Source: an uncultured Candidatus Saccharibacteria bacterium
Lineage (GTDB): Bacteria > Patescibacteriota > Saccharimonadia > Saccharimonadales > Saccharimonadaceae
Direction: 5' to 3'
Assembly (NCBI GenBank): GCA_964406725.1
Contig: CAYOSV010000003.1
Coordinates: forward strand, 9,962-41,961
Length of the DNA: 32,000 nt
In this document: positions 7,425-17,191 of the stretch, piece by piece
Position numbering within the stretch: position 1 is the stretch's first letter
Layout of the letters: every line of letters starts with the position of its first letter
Position numbers and translations under genes: made by a program
Notes under the pieces: model-generated
Told to the model about the DNA's origin: nothing
Seen by the model: the letters and a program-made list of their open reading frames with translations, nothing else
The model's database searches: none

Positions 7425-8989
7425 TTTCCACCTCTCTTTATCTTTAATGTAGTGGTTTTCTCGAATTCATCTTCCTTGATTATGTATTTATTGATACGTT
7501 TATAATCCGGTAATTCTGCATTTATGTCTTTAATAAGTTTACTTATTTTGCTGTCGAGAGACTTATCTTTCCGGTTTTTATCTTCTGGCACTATTGTAGC
7601 GATAATTTGTAAGCCGGATTTCTTTTGAACTCCATTTATGATACTCTCTTTAACTATGTCGCTATAATTAATCAGTGTTTCTAGTTCCTCTGGATAAATG
7701 TTTTTACCGTTACTGGTCACAATGACGTTTTTCTTTCTACCAACTACTTCCAGATTACCATCATTTCTTATTCTGCCTAAATCACCCGTGTAGAGCCAAC
7801 CATTCTTTAAAACCTCTCCCGTAGCTTTTTCATCATCATAATAACCCAACATAACTTGTGGAGCTTTGGCAATAATTTCTCCAATACCAGCCGCATCTGG
7901 ATTGGCTATTTTTAGATGTACGCCATTTAGCGGCCTACCGACGCCAATTTTACTTTTTACAAACATTCCGCGAATGGTTAAAATCGGTGAGCTCTCCGTT
8001 AACCCGTATCCCTGGTAAATATTAAATCCTAAATCGTCCAGGAAGTTAAAAACCCTTTGGTCTAGCTCTGCTCCACCACAAGCGATCATGCGAACCTTGC
8101 CTCCAAATCTGGCGTGAATACTAGAGAATAAGAGCTTTCTTATATCAATATGTAATAGTCTCACTCCTCTTGATATAAAAATTAGTTTTTGCAGAGCCTT
8201 TTCTTTGTGTGTTTTCTTAGCTGTGAGTTTTATATTATTCATAATGTATTCGAGCAGCCTCGGTACCACAACGAGTGCAGTTGGCTGGTAAAAGCACATT
8301 TCTCTCTGCATGTCTTTAATATTTTTGCTAAAACAAATCGAGCATCCATTGGTAATAGGCACCAACACTGCACACATTAGAGTAAGCGTATGATGGAGTG
8401 GCAAAATTGTATAATACCTATCCGTGGATTTTAGCCTAAAAGCGGCGGCTGAAGAATAGGCACAAGAAACTAAGTTTTTTTCGGATAACATGACGATCTT
8501 AGATTTAGACGTTGTGCCGGAAGTTAGAAATAGTGCGGCGCAGTCGCGTTTCGACACTTTTTTGACTTTACGATTTGGCGTCTCTCTGATGATGTCGTCT
8601 ATTTTATTTATATGTTCTGCATGGATATTTTTAGGAAGACAATTTACTTTGTCTTTCGTTAAATCATCATAGAAAATGAAATCCAAACCGATACGCTTAG
8701 CAGATAATGCAAGCTCTTTTTCTGGCAGCTCTTTATCAAGTGGCACTATTGTTCCAACGTCAGCAGCCATGGCAAAGAATAGTAATAGCCAACTATAAGA
8801 ATTAGACGCATAAATACCAATCTTTTTGCCAACTAAACTATTGTCCACAAAGTAACCTGACAATTTTTGGATATCATTATAAAATTCTTCGTAGGTCTTT
8901 GAAAATTTTTCGTCGACGAAGAAAGTTTTCTGCCCATACTTTTGGACACTTTCAGAAATCATCGCAGAGAAATTATTCGCCCTAGTCAT
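7421..8989 (-). CDS. AMP-dependent synthetase/ligase (FadD-like fatty acyl-AMP/CoA ligase)
   Basis: ANL motifs: LTSGTTSKSKIV, YGLTESS, GWLYTGDLG, and a terminal TLKIKRG lysine. Confidence 0.85.
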   Translation of the reverse strand: MTRANNFSAMISESVQKYGQKTFFVDEKFSKTYEEFYNDIQKLSGYFVDNSLVGKKIGIYASNSYSWLLLFFAMAADVGTIVPLDKELPEKELALSAKRIGLDFIFYDDLTKDKVNCLPKNIHAEHINKIDDIIRETPNRKVKKVSKRDCAALFLTSGTTSKSKIVMLSEKNLVSCAYSSAAAFRLKSTDRYYTILPLHHTLTLMCAVLVPITNGCSICFSKNIKDMQREMCFYQPTALVVVPRLLEYIMNNIKLTAKKTHKEKALQKLIFISRGVRLLHIDIRKLLFSSIHARFGGKVRMIACGGAELDQRVFNFLDDLGFNIYQGYGLTESSPILTIRGMFVKSKIGVGRPLNGVHLKIANPDAAGIGEIIAKAPQVMLGYYDDEKATGEVLKNGWLYTGDLGRIRNDGNLEVVGRKKNVIVTSNGKNIYPEELETLINYSDIVKESIINGVQKKSGLQIIATIVPEDKNRKDKSLDSKISKLIKDINAELPDYKRINKYIIKEDEFEKTTTLKIKRGGK

Positions 8990-9506
8990 ATAGTTCCTCT
9001 ATGGCCTCCTCTAATTTATCCGTGAGAATGTCCGCATCTGAATCTTTTTTTATCTCTAATTTGATAGATGTCGCAATCGACTTTATGTCATCCGGAAAAT
9101 CATCATTATTAAGATTAATCCCTACTCCTACTACGACATATTCTAGTGTATCGGCCTTAAAATGCGCCTCAATCAAAATACCACAGACTTTTTTATTATT
9201 AATCTTGATATCATTCGGTAAAACCACTTTGGAATTTACGCCGTATAGTTCATTTAGCTTTTTAGAAATGATAACTGGTATGTGTTCTAAAGCATCTTTC
9301 CTTAACTTTTTGTCTCCACTTTTGTTTTTCAACAGGAAACTAAGAGTAATACTTTTATTTGGTTCGGAAAACCATTTCCTATCGAACTGTCCGCGCCCAT
9401 TCGTTTGGGATTTTGCAATGATTAGAATATTTTCATGCGTTTTGTCTGCTATTTTTTCTGCATGATCATTGGTGCTATTGATGCTTTCTAGAACAATTCT
9501 TTTCAT
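8982..9506 (-). CDS. birA: Biotin--protein ligase, catalytic core only (no HTH, apparently no C-terminal domain)
   Basis: SINSTNDHA, QTNGRGQFDRKW (GRGRxGRxW-type motif), KINNKKVCGILIE. Start placed at the second Met (ATGA overlap with the fabF stop, GGAG 6 nt upstream). The ORF track start is 9518. Confidence 0.8.
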   Translation of the reverse strand: MKRIVLESINSTNDHAEKIADKTHENILIIAKSQTNGRGQFDRKWFSEPNKSITLSFLLKNKSGDKKLRKDALEHIPVIISKKLNELYGVNSKVVLPNDIKINNKKVCGILIEAHFKADTLEYVVVGVGINLNNDDFPDDIKSIATSIKLEIKKDSDADILTDKLEEAIEELYD

Positions 9507-10729
9507 TGCGCGCTCCATTTCTTAAATACCAGACAGGCATTATGGCCACCAAAACCAAATGAATTAGATAGAGCATAGTTAGCGTTGGTCAACCGCTCTT
9601 TTTCAGAGACATTCAAGACACAGTCGTCTTCTAGATCCAACTTGTAAGTACTACCGGGTATAATTCCGCTCCCCAGCATTAATATCGTAGCTATAGCCTC
9701 TACTGCACCGCTAGCGCTAAGCAAGTGCCCGATTTGCGACTTAATCGACGACACGGGTGGACATTCCTTACTCCATATCTCGCGGATGGCTTTTGCTTCA
9801 GTTTTGTCACCCAATATCGTAGATGTGCCATGCGCATTGATATACCCGATATTGTCAGGATTAATCTCGGCGCAGGCAATAGCACCCAACATAGCATCCT
9901 TGCTCGATAGGCCTTCGTAGTCTGGTGATACCATATTAAAAGCATCCGAATTATTAGCGTATCCTACAATCTCGGCATATATCTTAGCCTTTCTTTTTAG
10001 CGCGTGAGATAGCTCTTCCAAAACTAGAACACCAGCACCCTCTCCTATTAGAAAACCACTACGCTTTTTATTGAAAGGAATTGAAGCGCATTTTTTGTCT
10101 TCGCCAGTATATATAGCCCTCATTGCGGCGAAGCCGGCGAGGGTTAGTGGAGTTATAGACGCATCTGCTGCTCCAGCAACGAAAATATTATTATCTCCAT
10201 TTCTGATTTTTAGAAATGCTTCACCTATTGATATGCCACCACTTGCGCAGGCCGCTACATGACACATACTACTCCCTTTAGCACCTAAATCTATTGATAC
10301 TTTTGCTGCGGCCGTATTTGGCAAAACTGATTGTAGGAAATATGGTGAAATTCTGGCTGCGCCTTTTGTGTCTAATTGTCTAACACCGTCACTCAATATC
10401 TCTGGTCCACCAATGCTTGTAGAAATATAAACTCCGACCTTCTTAGCATCTTCTAAAGCCATATCTAGTCCGGAATCATTCCATGCTTCACGTCCGGCAA
10501 TTCTCGCAAAATTTGTAAATCTCGAATCGAATTTTGTATCTCTTTTTGGCAAGGATGATAAGTCTAAATCTTTGACAGTTGCCGCTAACTTTACGGGCGA
10601 CTCGGCGAATTCTTCCGTATCTAAGACACTAATACCATCTTCGCCAGACTTTAGGCTATCCCAGAAGTCTTTTGCATTATTGCCAATAGGAGTAATCGCA
10701 CCTAACCCAGTTACTACCACTCGTCTCAT
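9503..10729 (-). CDS. fabF: Beta-ketoacyl-ACP synthase II (elongating KS, Cys-His-His)
   Basis: RRVVVTGLGAITPIG, active-site ACASGG, HGTST, GHLLSASG, FGFGGHN. Confidence 0.9.
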   Translation of the reverse strand: MRRVVVTGLGAITPIGNNAKDFWDSLKSGEDGISVLDTEEFAESPVKLAATVKDLDLSSLPKRDTKFDSRFTNFARIAGREAWNDSGLDMALEDAKKVGVYISTSIGGPEILSDGVRQLDTKGAARISPYFLQSVLPNTAAAKVSIDLGAKGSSMCHVAACASGGISIGEAFLKIRNGDNNIFVAGAADASITPLTLAGFAAMRAIYTGEDKKCASIPFNKKRSGFLIGEGAGVLVLEELSHALKRKAKIYAEIVGYANNSDAFNMVSPDYEGLSSKDAMLGAIACAEINPDNIGYINAHGTSTILGDKTEAKAIREIWSKECPPVSSIKSQIGHLLSASGAVEAIATILMLGSGIIPGSTYKLDLEDDCVLNVSEKERLTNANYALSNSFGFGGHNACLVFKKWSAQ

Positions 10730-11514
10730 TTTATAATCCTTTCAATATCTTCTAGCGACTCAACTTTCCTTACTCTAGCTCGAACCCCCTTTTCTTTGCA
10801 TATTTGACGAATTAGATTTACCGGCGCAGTTCCAATGCCGATGCTGATAAATTCATCTACTGAGTCATCCAACATATTTTCAATAATGCTTTGGAATTGT
10901 ACCGGGCTCACTAAATGCTTCACCATCGCTCCTCTGACATCTTTGATTATTTTCTTGCCAGTTAAGTTACAATAAATCGGTATAGTAGGCGTTTTCTCGC
11001 AAAAGCTATCTAAAAATCTCCTCATCTTTTCACTGGCACTATTTAAATATGGGGAATGGAAGGCGCCAGTTACTCGCAAATCAATTGTCGATGCGTTTTT
11101 AAATTGCCGGAAAGCATCCTTAAACTCCTTTATTCTTGTCTTTTCTCCTCCGACTACGGTTTGCATAGGTGAATTATAATTTGTAACAAAAAGACCGCAC
11201 CTCGTTGCCATTTTCTCAATTTCTTTTGCCGGCATACCGAGGCACGCCACCATAGAAGTATTTGAGCCTCTTAATGCATCATCCATTATTTTTTGCCTAA
11301 ATATTAGGATTTGCTCTAGCTCTTCAACGTTAAAAACATCCGCAACAGCAAAACACGCATATTCCCCAAGGCTAAGACCTGCTATCGCATCTGGCTTAAT
11401 ATCATTTGCGATTAAAATTTTCGCTAAAGCAATGCTCATCCAAAAAGTGGCTAGCTGAGGATTATGAATTCCCAGTCCTTCTCCTTGTCCAGTAAAAATA
11501 AACGCTCGTTTCAT
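10726..11514 (-). CDS. fabD: Malonyl-CoA:ACP transacylase, shortened
   Basis: FIFTGQGEG, nucleophile elbow GLSLGEY, NSPMQTVVGG, GAFHSPYL. 262 aa compared with about 310 for typical FabD. Confidence 0.8.
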   Translation of the reverse strand: MKRAFIFTGQGEGLGIHNPQLATFWMSIALAKILIANDIKPDAIAGLSLGEYACFAVADVFNVEELEQILIFRQKIMDDALRGSNTSMVACLGMPAKEIEKMATRCGLFVTNYNSPMQTVVGGEKTRIKEFKDAFRQFKNASTIDLRVTGAFHSPYLNSASEKMRRFLDSFCEKTPTIPIYCNLTGKKIIKDVRGAMVKHLVSPVQFQSIIENMLDDSVDEFISIGIGTAPVNLIRQICKEKGVRARVRKVESLEDIERIIK

Positions 11515-13133
11515 TGCTTATCCCAGTTCCTTATTCTATTATACCGTCTATCAAGTAATTGTTTCATATCAAATTTGCTTAAACGTACTAAGGACTCTGC
11601 AAAATAGCGCTCTATTTGCAAAGTGTTATATTCCAATGTACCTTCTTTTAGAATCTCGTCAACTAATCCCTCGTTATATAAATCTTTAGCTGTAAACTTC
11701 ATGTTTGCTAATAATTCTGGCTGGACTTCGGGTTTATTAAAAATAATTGCAGAATAGGATTCAGGTGATATGACGGAGTAAGTTGCTCCACTAAACATTG
11801 CGAGTACGTCCGAAACCGATAAACCCAATGCACCACCGCTACAACCTTCTCCAGTCACTATTGATACTATTGGTGTTTTTGTTTCCAGTAAATTGAGCAT
11901 ACTTTCCGAAATGGCAATACTTTGACAATTCTTTTCTGCAACATCTCCAGGATGCGCCCCAGGACTATCGAGCAATATCAGAACGGGCAAGTGAAACCTT
12001 TCGGCTAATTTTGCTACTCTAATGGCCTTCCTAAAGCCTTCTGGTCTAGTCATTCCGTAATTATTCTCTATATTCTCTCTCAGATTTCTGCCTTTATTCT
12101 GGATGATGAAAGCTGTTTTTATGCCAGATATTTCTCCGAGTCCAGTGAGTAAACTTGGATCATCATAAGAAATTCGATCTCCTTTCAATATTATGGGGTT
12201 GTCAAAAAGTTTAAAGAGATAATCGATTCCAACTGTTTTAGAGTTGTTTCTAATATTTTGGAGAACTATTTCTGGTTTTTTATTGCCATGGTCATATTCT
12301 GGTTTTTCATTCTCAGCTTTAATTGAATTGTTCTTGTTTAGTATAGCTAAAAGCTCAATAATTGTATTCAATATATCTTTTCGCTCGCAAATCATGTCTA
12401 GCCCGCCGCTTCTCAACACATATTTTGCACTTTGAAAATCGTCAGCAACCTGTTCGTGTAATATGTCTTTCACCAGCATCTTGCCGCCGAACCCAATTGA
12501 GGAATTTGGCTCAGCGATATTTATATCACCCATTAATCCAAAAGATGCAGTAGTGCCGCCATAAGTTGGATCCGTTAAAACAGAAATAAACGGCAGGCCT
12601 TTTTTGCGAAATTTCATCAAAGTAGCGTCAATCTTCGCCATTTGTACTAAGCCCACAGCGCCCTCTTGCATACGCACTCCGCCTCCAGCGCAGAAAGCCA
12701 CAACAGGAAGATTACTCTTTGTTGCATATTCGAAGGCTTTCGCGATTTTTTCACCATTTGCCTTCGATAAAGTACCAACCATAAAATATCGTTCCATTAG
12801 TATAGTAATAAAAATTTTACCGTTTACTTTACATTTGCCGACAATGACGGATTCAGAGAGGCCGGTACGATTTTTGTCCCGTTCAAATTTTTCACTATAA
12901 TCATATGTTCTTGAATTATCTATATCGTATTCTGCTAAAAGTTGTTTGAATTTTCCACCATTCTTTCGTATAATTTCTATTCTTTTTAGAGCTGGCATCC
13001 TCTCATGATGTTTGCATTTTTTGCACACTAGAAGCTCGTCCAATTCGTCACCGCAGTTTGAACAGGCTGGCCTATTTAAGATTCTAGCGTTACGCTTCTT
13101 TATTTTTATCTTCTGCTCATCCAGGATACTCAT
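11511..13133 (-). CDS. accD: Fused acetyl-CoA carboxylase carboxyltransferase beta-alpha (AccD-AccA)
   Basis: N-terminal Zn ribbon CSNCG...CKKC and an AccD-like half (VVAFCAGGGVRMQEG). C-terminal AccA-like half (GFRKAIRVAKLAERFHLPVLILLDSPGAHPG, VTGEGCSGGALG). Confidence 0.85.
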   Translation of the reverse strand: MSILDEQKIKIKKRNARILNRPACSNCGDELDELLVCKKCKHHERMPALKRIEIIRKNGGKFKQLLAEYDIDNSRTYDYSEKFERDKNRTGLSESVIVGKCKVNGKIFITILMERYFMVGTLSKANGEKIAKAFEYATKSNLPVVAFCAGGGVRMQEGAVGLVQMAKIDATLMKFRKKGLPFISVLTDPTYGGTTASFGLMGDINIAEPNSSIGFGGKMLVKDILHEQVADDFQSAKYVLRSGGLDMICERKDILNTIIELLAILNKNNSIKAENEKPEYDHGNKKPEIVLQNIRNNSKTVGIDYLFKLFDNPIILKGDRISYDDPSLLTGLGEISGIKTAFIIQNKGRNLRENIENNYGMTRPEGFRKAIRVAKLAERFHLPVLILLDSPGAHPGDVAEKNCQSIAISESMLNLLETKTPIVSIVTGEGCSGGALGLSVSDVLAMFSGATYSVISPESYSAIIFNKPEVQPELLANMKFTAKDLYNEGLVDEILKEGTLEYNTLQIERYFAESLVRLSKFDMKQLLDRRYNRIRNWDKQ

Positions 13134-14395
13134 TACTCATTCTCTCCAAAATAGCTATAGCTACCCACTATATAATCTTCTCGGCTAATAGTCTCGTAGA
13201 GTTCATCAACGTTAGTATGAGCACCTAAAATAATTATTTCATCAAGTGCGAGTTTCATCTTTGAGATCGCCCTCCGCCTTTCCTTGTCGCTTGCTATTAT
13301 TTTTGCAATCAGCGGATCATAATATGGCTTTATTCGGTATCCTTGATAAATATATGTGTCTATTCGCACATCTTTTCCCGTAGGTAAGCTAAATATATTA
13401 AGCTCGCCATTATCCTTAGCAGATAGCCTGCATTCGATGGCGCATTTTTTAGCACTCACTTTCATAGGCAGACGATTCTTCTGACCTGAAGCTATTCTGA
13501 TCTGCTGTTCAACAAGATCTATACCCGTGACCTCTTCTGTTACAGTATGTTCGACTTGTAATCTAGAATTTATTTCAAGAAAATAATAGTTCATCTGTTT
13601 ATCCACCAAAAATTCAATCGTCCCGACACTATCAAATCCAACCTCTTTTATAAGTTTGACGGCGTCTTGTTCCATTTTTTCCAACAGCTCTTTTGGTATA
13701 TTAGACACTGGGGTTTCTTCAATGACCTTCTGATAATGCGATTGCACGGAGCAGTCTCTGGCCGGTAGAATAGAAATTTTGCCGAATTTGTCCGCAACAA
13801 ACTGTATATCTATATGCTTATATAAATCTATTATTTGCTCCAGGAAGAAACTGTCTCCGCTAAACCCAGTGCTCAAATTTAGTTTGGCGGATTTGAGACA
13901 ATAGTCGAAATCCTCTTTGTTTTTTACTGTTTTTATGCCTTTTCCACCACCGCCATAGCTTGATTTAATCATTAGCGGATATTCATCTTTATCGACTGAT
14001 GGGATAACTGGAATTCCTAATTTTCTTGCCATTTCTTTCATCCGGAATTTATTTGCAGTTTTTTCTAAAATGTTGCTTGATGGCCCAATAAATATAATTC
14101 CACTTTCATGGGCTCGTTTTGCAAACTCATCATTTTCGCTTAAAAAGCCATACCCTGGATGCAAAGAATCACATCCCGTATTTTTTGCCGCCTCTAGAAT
14201 TGCTGGAATGTTAAGATACGAGTCTGATGGGCTGCTATCACCAATACAAATCGCCTCATCGGCCAAGAATACCGCCATAGTATCTTTATCGCATTTTGAG
14301 TATGCCACAACCGTTCTAATACCCAAAATACGGCAGGTCTGTATTATTCTTACTGCTATTTCTCCTCTATTTGCAATTAGTACTTTTTGAATCAT
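13133..14395 (-). CDS. accC: Biotin carboxylase
   Basis: KVLIANRGEIAVRII, HPGYGFLSEN, SYGGGGKGI, RDCSVQSHYQKVIEE, EINSRLQVEHTVTE. Confidence 0.92.
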   Translation of the reverse strand: MIQKVLIANRGEIAVRIIQTCRILGIRTVVAYSKCDKDTMAVFLADEAICIGDSSPSDSYLNIPAILEAAKNTGCDSLHPGYGFLSENDEFAKRAHESGIIFIGPSSNILEKTANKFRMKEMARKLGIPVIPSVDKDEYPLMIKSSYGGGGKGIKTVKNKEDFDYCLKSAKLNLSTGFSGDSFFLEQIIDLYKHIDIQFVADKFGKISILPARDCSVQSHYQKVIEETPVSNIPKELLEKMEQDAVKLIKEVGFDSVGTIEFLVDKQMNYYFLEINSRLQVEHTVTEEVTGIDLVEQQIRIASGQKNRLPMKVSAKKCAIECRLSAKDNGELNIFSLPTGKDVRIDTYIYQGYRIKPYYDPLIAKIIASDKERRRAISKMKLALDEIIILGAHTNVDELYETISREDYIVGSYSYFGENE

Positions 14396-14757
14396 ATATA
14401 ATCAACCTCAAAAAGCTTAGAGCCAAATTCTACACTCTCTCCGTTCTTAAAATACGTTTTTCTAATAATCAAATCAGCCGGTGCACAAATTTTATTCATT
14501 ATTTTCATGCTTTCAATGATACATAAAGACTGACCTTCTTTAACTCTTTCGTTTATTTGTATGGTTGGGGATACATCATAATAAGTGCCTACCAGCGGCG
14601 ACAAAATATGTTTATCTGGATAGTCAGTCTTTTCTTGATCCGTTTTAGGACCATTCTTCTTTATAGAAACTCTAAAATCGGCATCCTCGTACTCAAATTC
14701 GGTTGCTTCAGAATTATCGAAATCAGCTAAAATCTTCTTTAGTTTATCAATTGGCAC
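14392..14757 (-). CDS. accB: Biotin carboxyl carrier protein, short form
   Basis: Biotinyl-lysine motif CIIESMKIMNKI in a C-terminal lipoyl/biotinyl fold. 121 aa. Confidence 0.8.
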   Translation of the reverse strand: MPIDKLKKILADFDNSEATEFEYEDADFRVSIKKNGPKTDQEKTDYPDKHILSPLVGTYYDVSPTIQINERVKEGQSLCIIESMKIMNKICAPADLIIRKTYFKNGESVEFGSKLFEVDYI

Positions 14758-14983
14758 TTTCTATACCTTTCTCCGCTAGTAAATCCAAACAATTCTTTAC
14801 GGTCTTTAGTTTAGCGAGTTCGCTTTGCTCTACTTTTATATTGTATTTTTCTTCAAGCGAGAGCACTAATTGCGTAGTCGCCAAGCTATCGATCATCAAA
14901 TCGTCTCTTAGGCTAGTTTCTAATGTAATATCATCGTCTATGCCCAATTCCTCATCTAGAAACTTTTTAAATTCTTTCAACAT
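14747..14983 (-). CDS. Acyl carrier protein (cluster-specific)
   Basis: 78 aa, acidic, with the phosphopantetheine site LMIDSLATTQLV (DSL). Confidence 0.85.
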   Translation of the reverse strand: MLKEFKKFLDEELGIDDDITLETSLRDDLMIDSLATTQLVLSLEEKYNIKVEQSELAKLKTVKNCLDLLAEKGIESAN

Positions 14984-14984
14984 T

Positions 14985-15917
14985 TTATATCTCCATTAAT
15001 AATATATTAGATGTTAACCCTGCCGCAGTCCCACATAGCATTACTTTGTCACTAGTATGGATTTTTCCTTCTTCTAGCATTTTGCATAACATAAATGGAA
15101 CCGAAACGGACACTTGATTACCAAAGCTATCAACGCGATTGACATATTTTTCTTCTGGTATTCCCAATTTTTTCATAATCAAGGGTAATGCCTTACTCGC
15201 CTGATGTGGGATTACTAAGTCTACATCGTTCAATGATAGATTAGCCTCTTTTTTAAAATCATCAAACATTTTTGGTAATTTTCGCGTGCATGCACGTAAT
15301 ATATCGAGCCCCTCCATTTTAAAGTAATATTTGTCTCGGTTTTTATTGTTCATTTTAGTGGCATTAAGTCCAGTTAATCCACCTATAATTTCTGTCGCGT
15401 GCGCGCTTTCTGACCAAGTGCACTGTTTAGAGGCTATTACACCTTGTTTCGTATCATTAGTATGAGAAAGTACAATTGCCGCGGCTCCGTCAGAGAATAG
15501 TTCATAGATTTCTTTTTTATCCTTCGGAAGCCCAGGGCTAGCCAGCTCGCTTGATACAATTAAAATATTTCTATATGTTCCAGCTGCAATTAGATACGAT
15601 GCAATGTCCAGTGCGGTTATAAAGCTAGTACAAGTGGTATTAATATCCATGGCAGGAATATTGCAGTCGTTCATTATTTGTTCATGAATTAAGCTTGCTG
15701 TACAGGGGATTGGTTGGATACCTACTGCTGAAGCGGCTATTATCAAATCAATATTTTCTGGTTTTAGCCTAGCATTTTTCATCGCCTTTTTAGCGGCATC
15801 TGTCGCCATAAAAAGTTGATTTTCCTTACCTGAAGCTCTGTATCTAATTTGACTACCAAATGTCACTATGTTTTTTGGTAAATAATATCCATAGCCCGAT
15901 ATTTTACAATTTCTCAT
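14985..15917 (-). CDS. KAS III (FabH)-like condensing enzyme
   Basis: ISGYGYYLP at the N-terminus. Cys in NTTCTSF, His in IPHQAS, Asn in FGNQVSVS (Cys-His-Asn triad). 310 aa. Confidence 0.85.
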   Translation of the reverse strand: MRNCKISGYGYYLPKNIVTFGSQIRYRASGKENQLFMATDAAKKAMKNARLKPENIDLIIAASAVGIQPIPCTASLIHEQIMNDCNIPAMDINTTCTSFITALDIASYLIAAGTYRNILIVSSELASPGLPKDKKEIYELFSDGAAAIVLSHTNDTKQGVIASKQCTWSESAHATEIIGGLTGLNATKMNNKNRDKYYFKMEGLDILRACTRKLPKMFDDFKKEANLSLNDVDLVIPHQASKALPLIMKKLGIPEEKYVNRVDSFGNQVSVSVPFMLCKMLEEGKIHTSDKVMLCGTAAGLTSNILLMEI

Positions 15918-17191
15918 TTTTTTATCCTTTCCACTCGCTTCATCTTTTTACTAAAATCAGATTCATATTTCTTAAAAGTAGTGGCTGGCATTTTGAAACG
16001 CATTCTCTTAGCGAGAGTTTTTAACTCTTCTTTGATTAGTCTTTGATTTTCAATGTCTATATTATCTAGATAAAAAATGACTTTTTTAGATGATTCTTGT
16101 ACTACTCTATAATTCTTTATTTTGGGCACGTAGAGTACCACTCTGGAAATAAAATCAGGGAATACTTTTATCGTTCTATCATTTACGCCATCAAATTCAA
16201 AAACATCATCCATCCTTCCTTCTATCTTCTTAAGCCTCGTCATGGATGTCCCGCATTTACATGGCCTTCTGTCTTCAACCAAAATATCGTTTAATCGATA
16301 TTTGACAATAGGTTGAGTCGTCCTAACAAAGTCTGTGATAACCGGAGTAAATCTTGTGTCGTCAAGATACTCCTTTTCAACCGCTATAACATCCTCGTTG
16401 AGATGTAGGGAGCCATGCTCGCAAGTGTATCCAAGGAATCCTTCGGTGCATTGATATACTTGGTATATTATCTTTTGCTTGAAAACCCTTTTCAAATATT
16501 GTTCGTCTTTTTCTGTTAATACTTCTGCAACTGATATAATCCTTACCGGATTAATGCTCAGCTTCTTGGCTTTGGTAGCCTCCGCCAGTATGAGCAGTAC
16601 AGATGGCGGTGCGATCAAAATTGTCGGCTGAAACTCCTGTAATTTTATTATATTTTGTTCCATTGGCTTTAAGATGTCAAAAAACTCAAATTTAAGCATC
16701 TTACTGTTTGATGACTCATATAAGTTATTGTCAGCCCGAAGGAAAAACGCAACTTTGGTCCCAAAGATCTTACCTTTCGGTAGCATTTTTGCCATCATGC
16801 CGCCCACCCACGTTGCGATCTCAATGTCGCTAAGGACAAACACCCCACGGTGTCCGCTTGTCCCAGATGACAACCCAACAGAATAGCCATTCAGCTTTTC
16901 CGAAAAATCACGGCTTTTTTCGCTATTAATAGCTAGCTTAAGGGCATCGTCCTTTGATATTCCAGCTGTATTTATTCTGTCAAAATTATCCATCATGACT
17001 TTTTTATTCATATACGGCAACTCTTCAAAAGTTTTGCCACTAAACTTTTGAAAATACGGGGAATGGTGTTCTAGAAAAACTAGTTGTTTTTTTATCTGTT
17101 TTTGCTGATATTTTTCCAGCCTCTTTCGACTTTTAAATTTGTGAAAATAGCGAGCACGAATAAATGTTTTAAGAATTAAGCCTTTATTCAT
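15914..17191 (-). CDS. F390-synthetase-related / PaaK-like adenylate-forming enzyme
   Basis: N-terminal KRLEKYQQKQIKKQL helix. P-loop-like GLSSGTSGHRGVF. Size and layout are as in the F390 synthetase/phenylacetate-CoA ligase clade. Confidence 0.7.
   Translation of the reverse strand: MNKGLILKTFIRARYFHKFKSRKRLEKYQQKQIKKQLVFLEHHSPYFQKFSGKTFEELPYMNKKVMMDNFDRINTAGISKDDALKLAINSEKSRDFSEKLNGYSVGLSSGTSGHRGVFVLSDIEIATWVGGMMAKMLPKGKIFGTKVAFFLRADNNLYESSNSKMLKFEFFDILKPMEQNIIKLQEFQPTILIAPPSVLLILAEATKAKKLSINPVRIISVAEVLTEKDEQYLKRVFKQKIIYQVYQCTEGFLGYTCEHGSLHLNEDVIAVEKEYLDDTRFTPVITDFVRTTQPIVKYRLNDILVEDRRPCKCGTSMTRLKKIEGRMDDVFEFDGVNDRTIKVFPDFISRVVLYVPKIKNYRVVQESSKKVIFYLDNIDIENQRLIKEELKTLAKRMRFKMPATTFKKYESDFSKKMKRVERIKK

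Noticed and set aside
9503-15917. Ordinary housekeeping type II fatty-acid synthase locus
   Set aside because: FabG, FabZ/FabA and FabI are absent from the cluster. The surrounding genes (FkbH, HxxxDG acyltransferase, F390-like adenylase, MBL, GT4) are not part of FAS-II, and the composition differs from the core genes.
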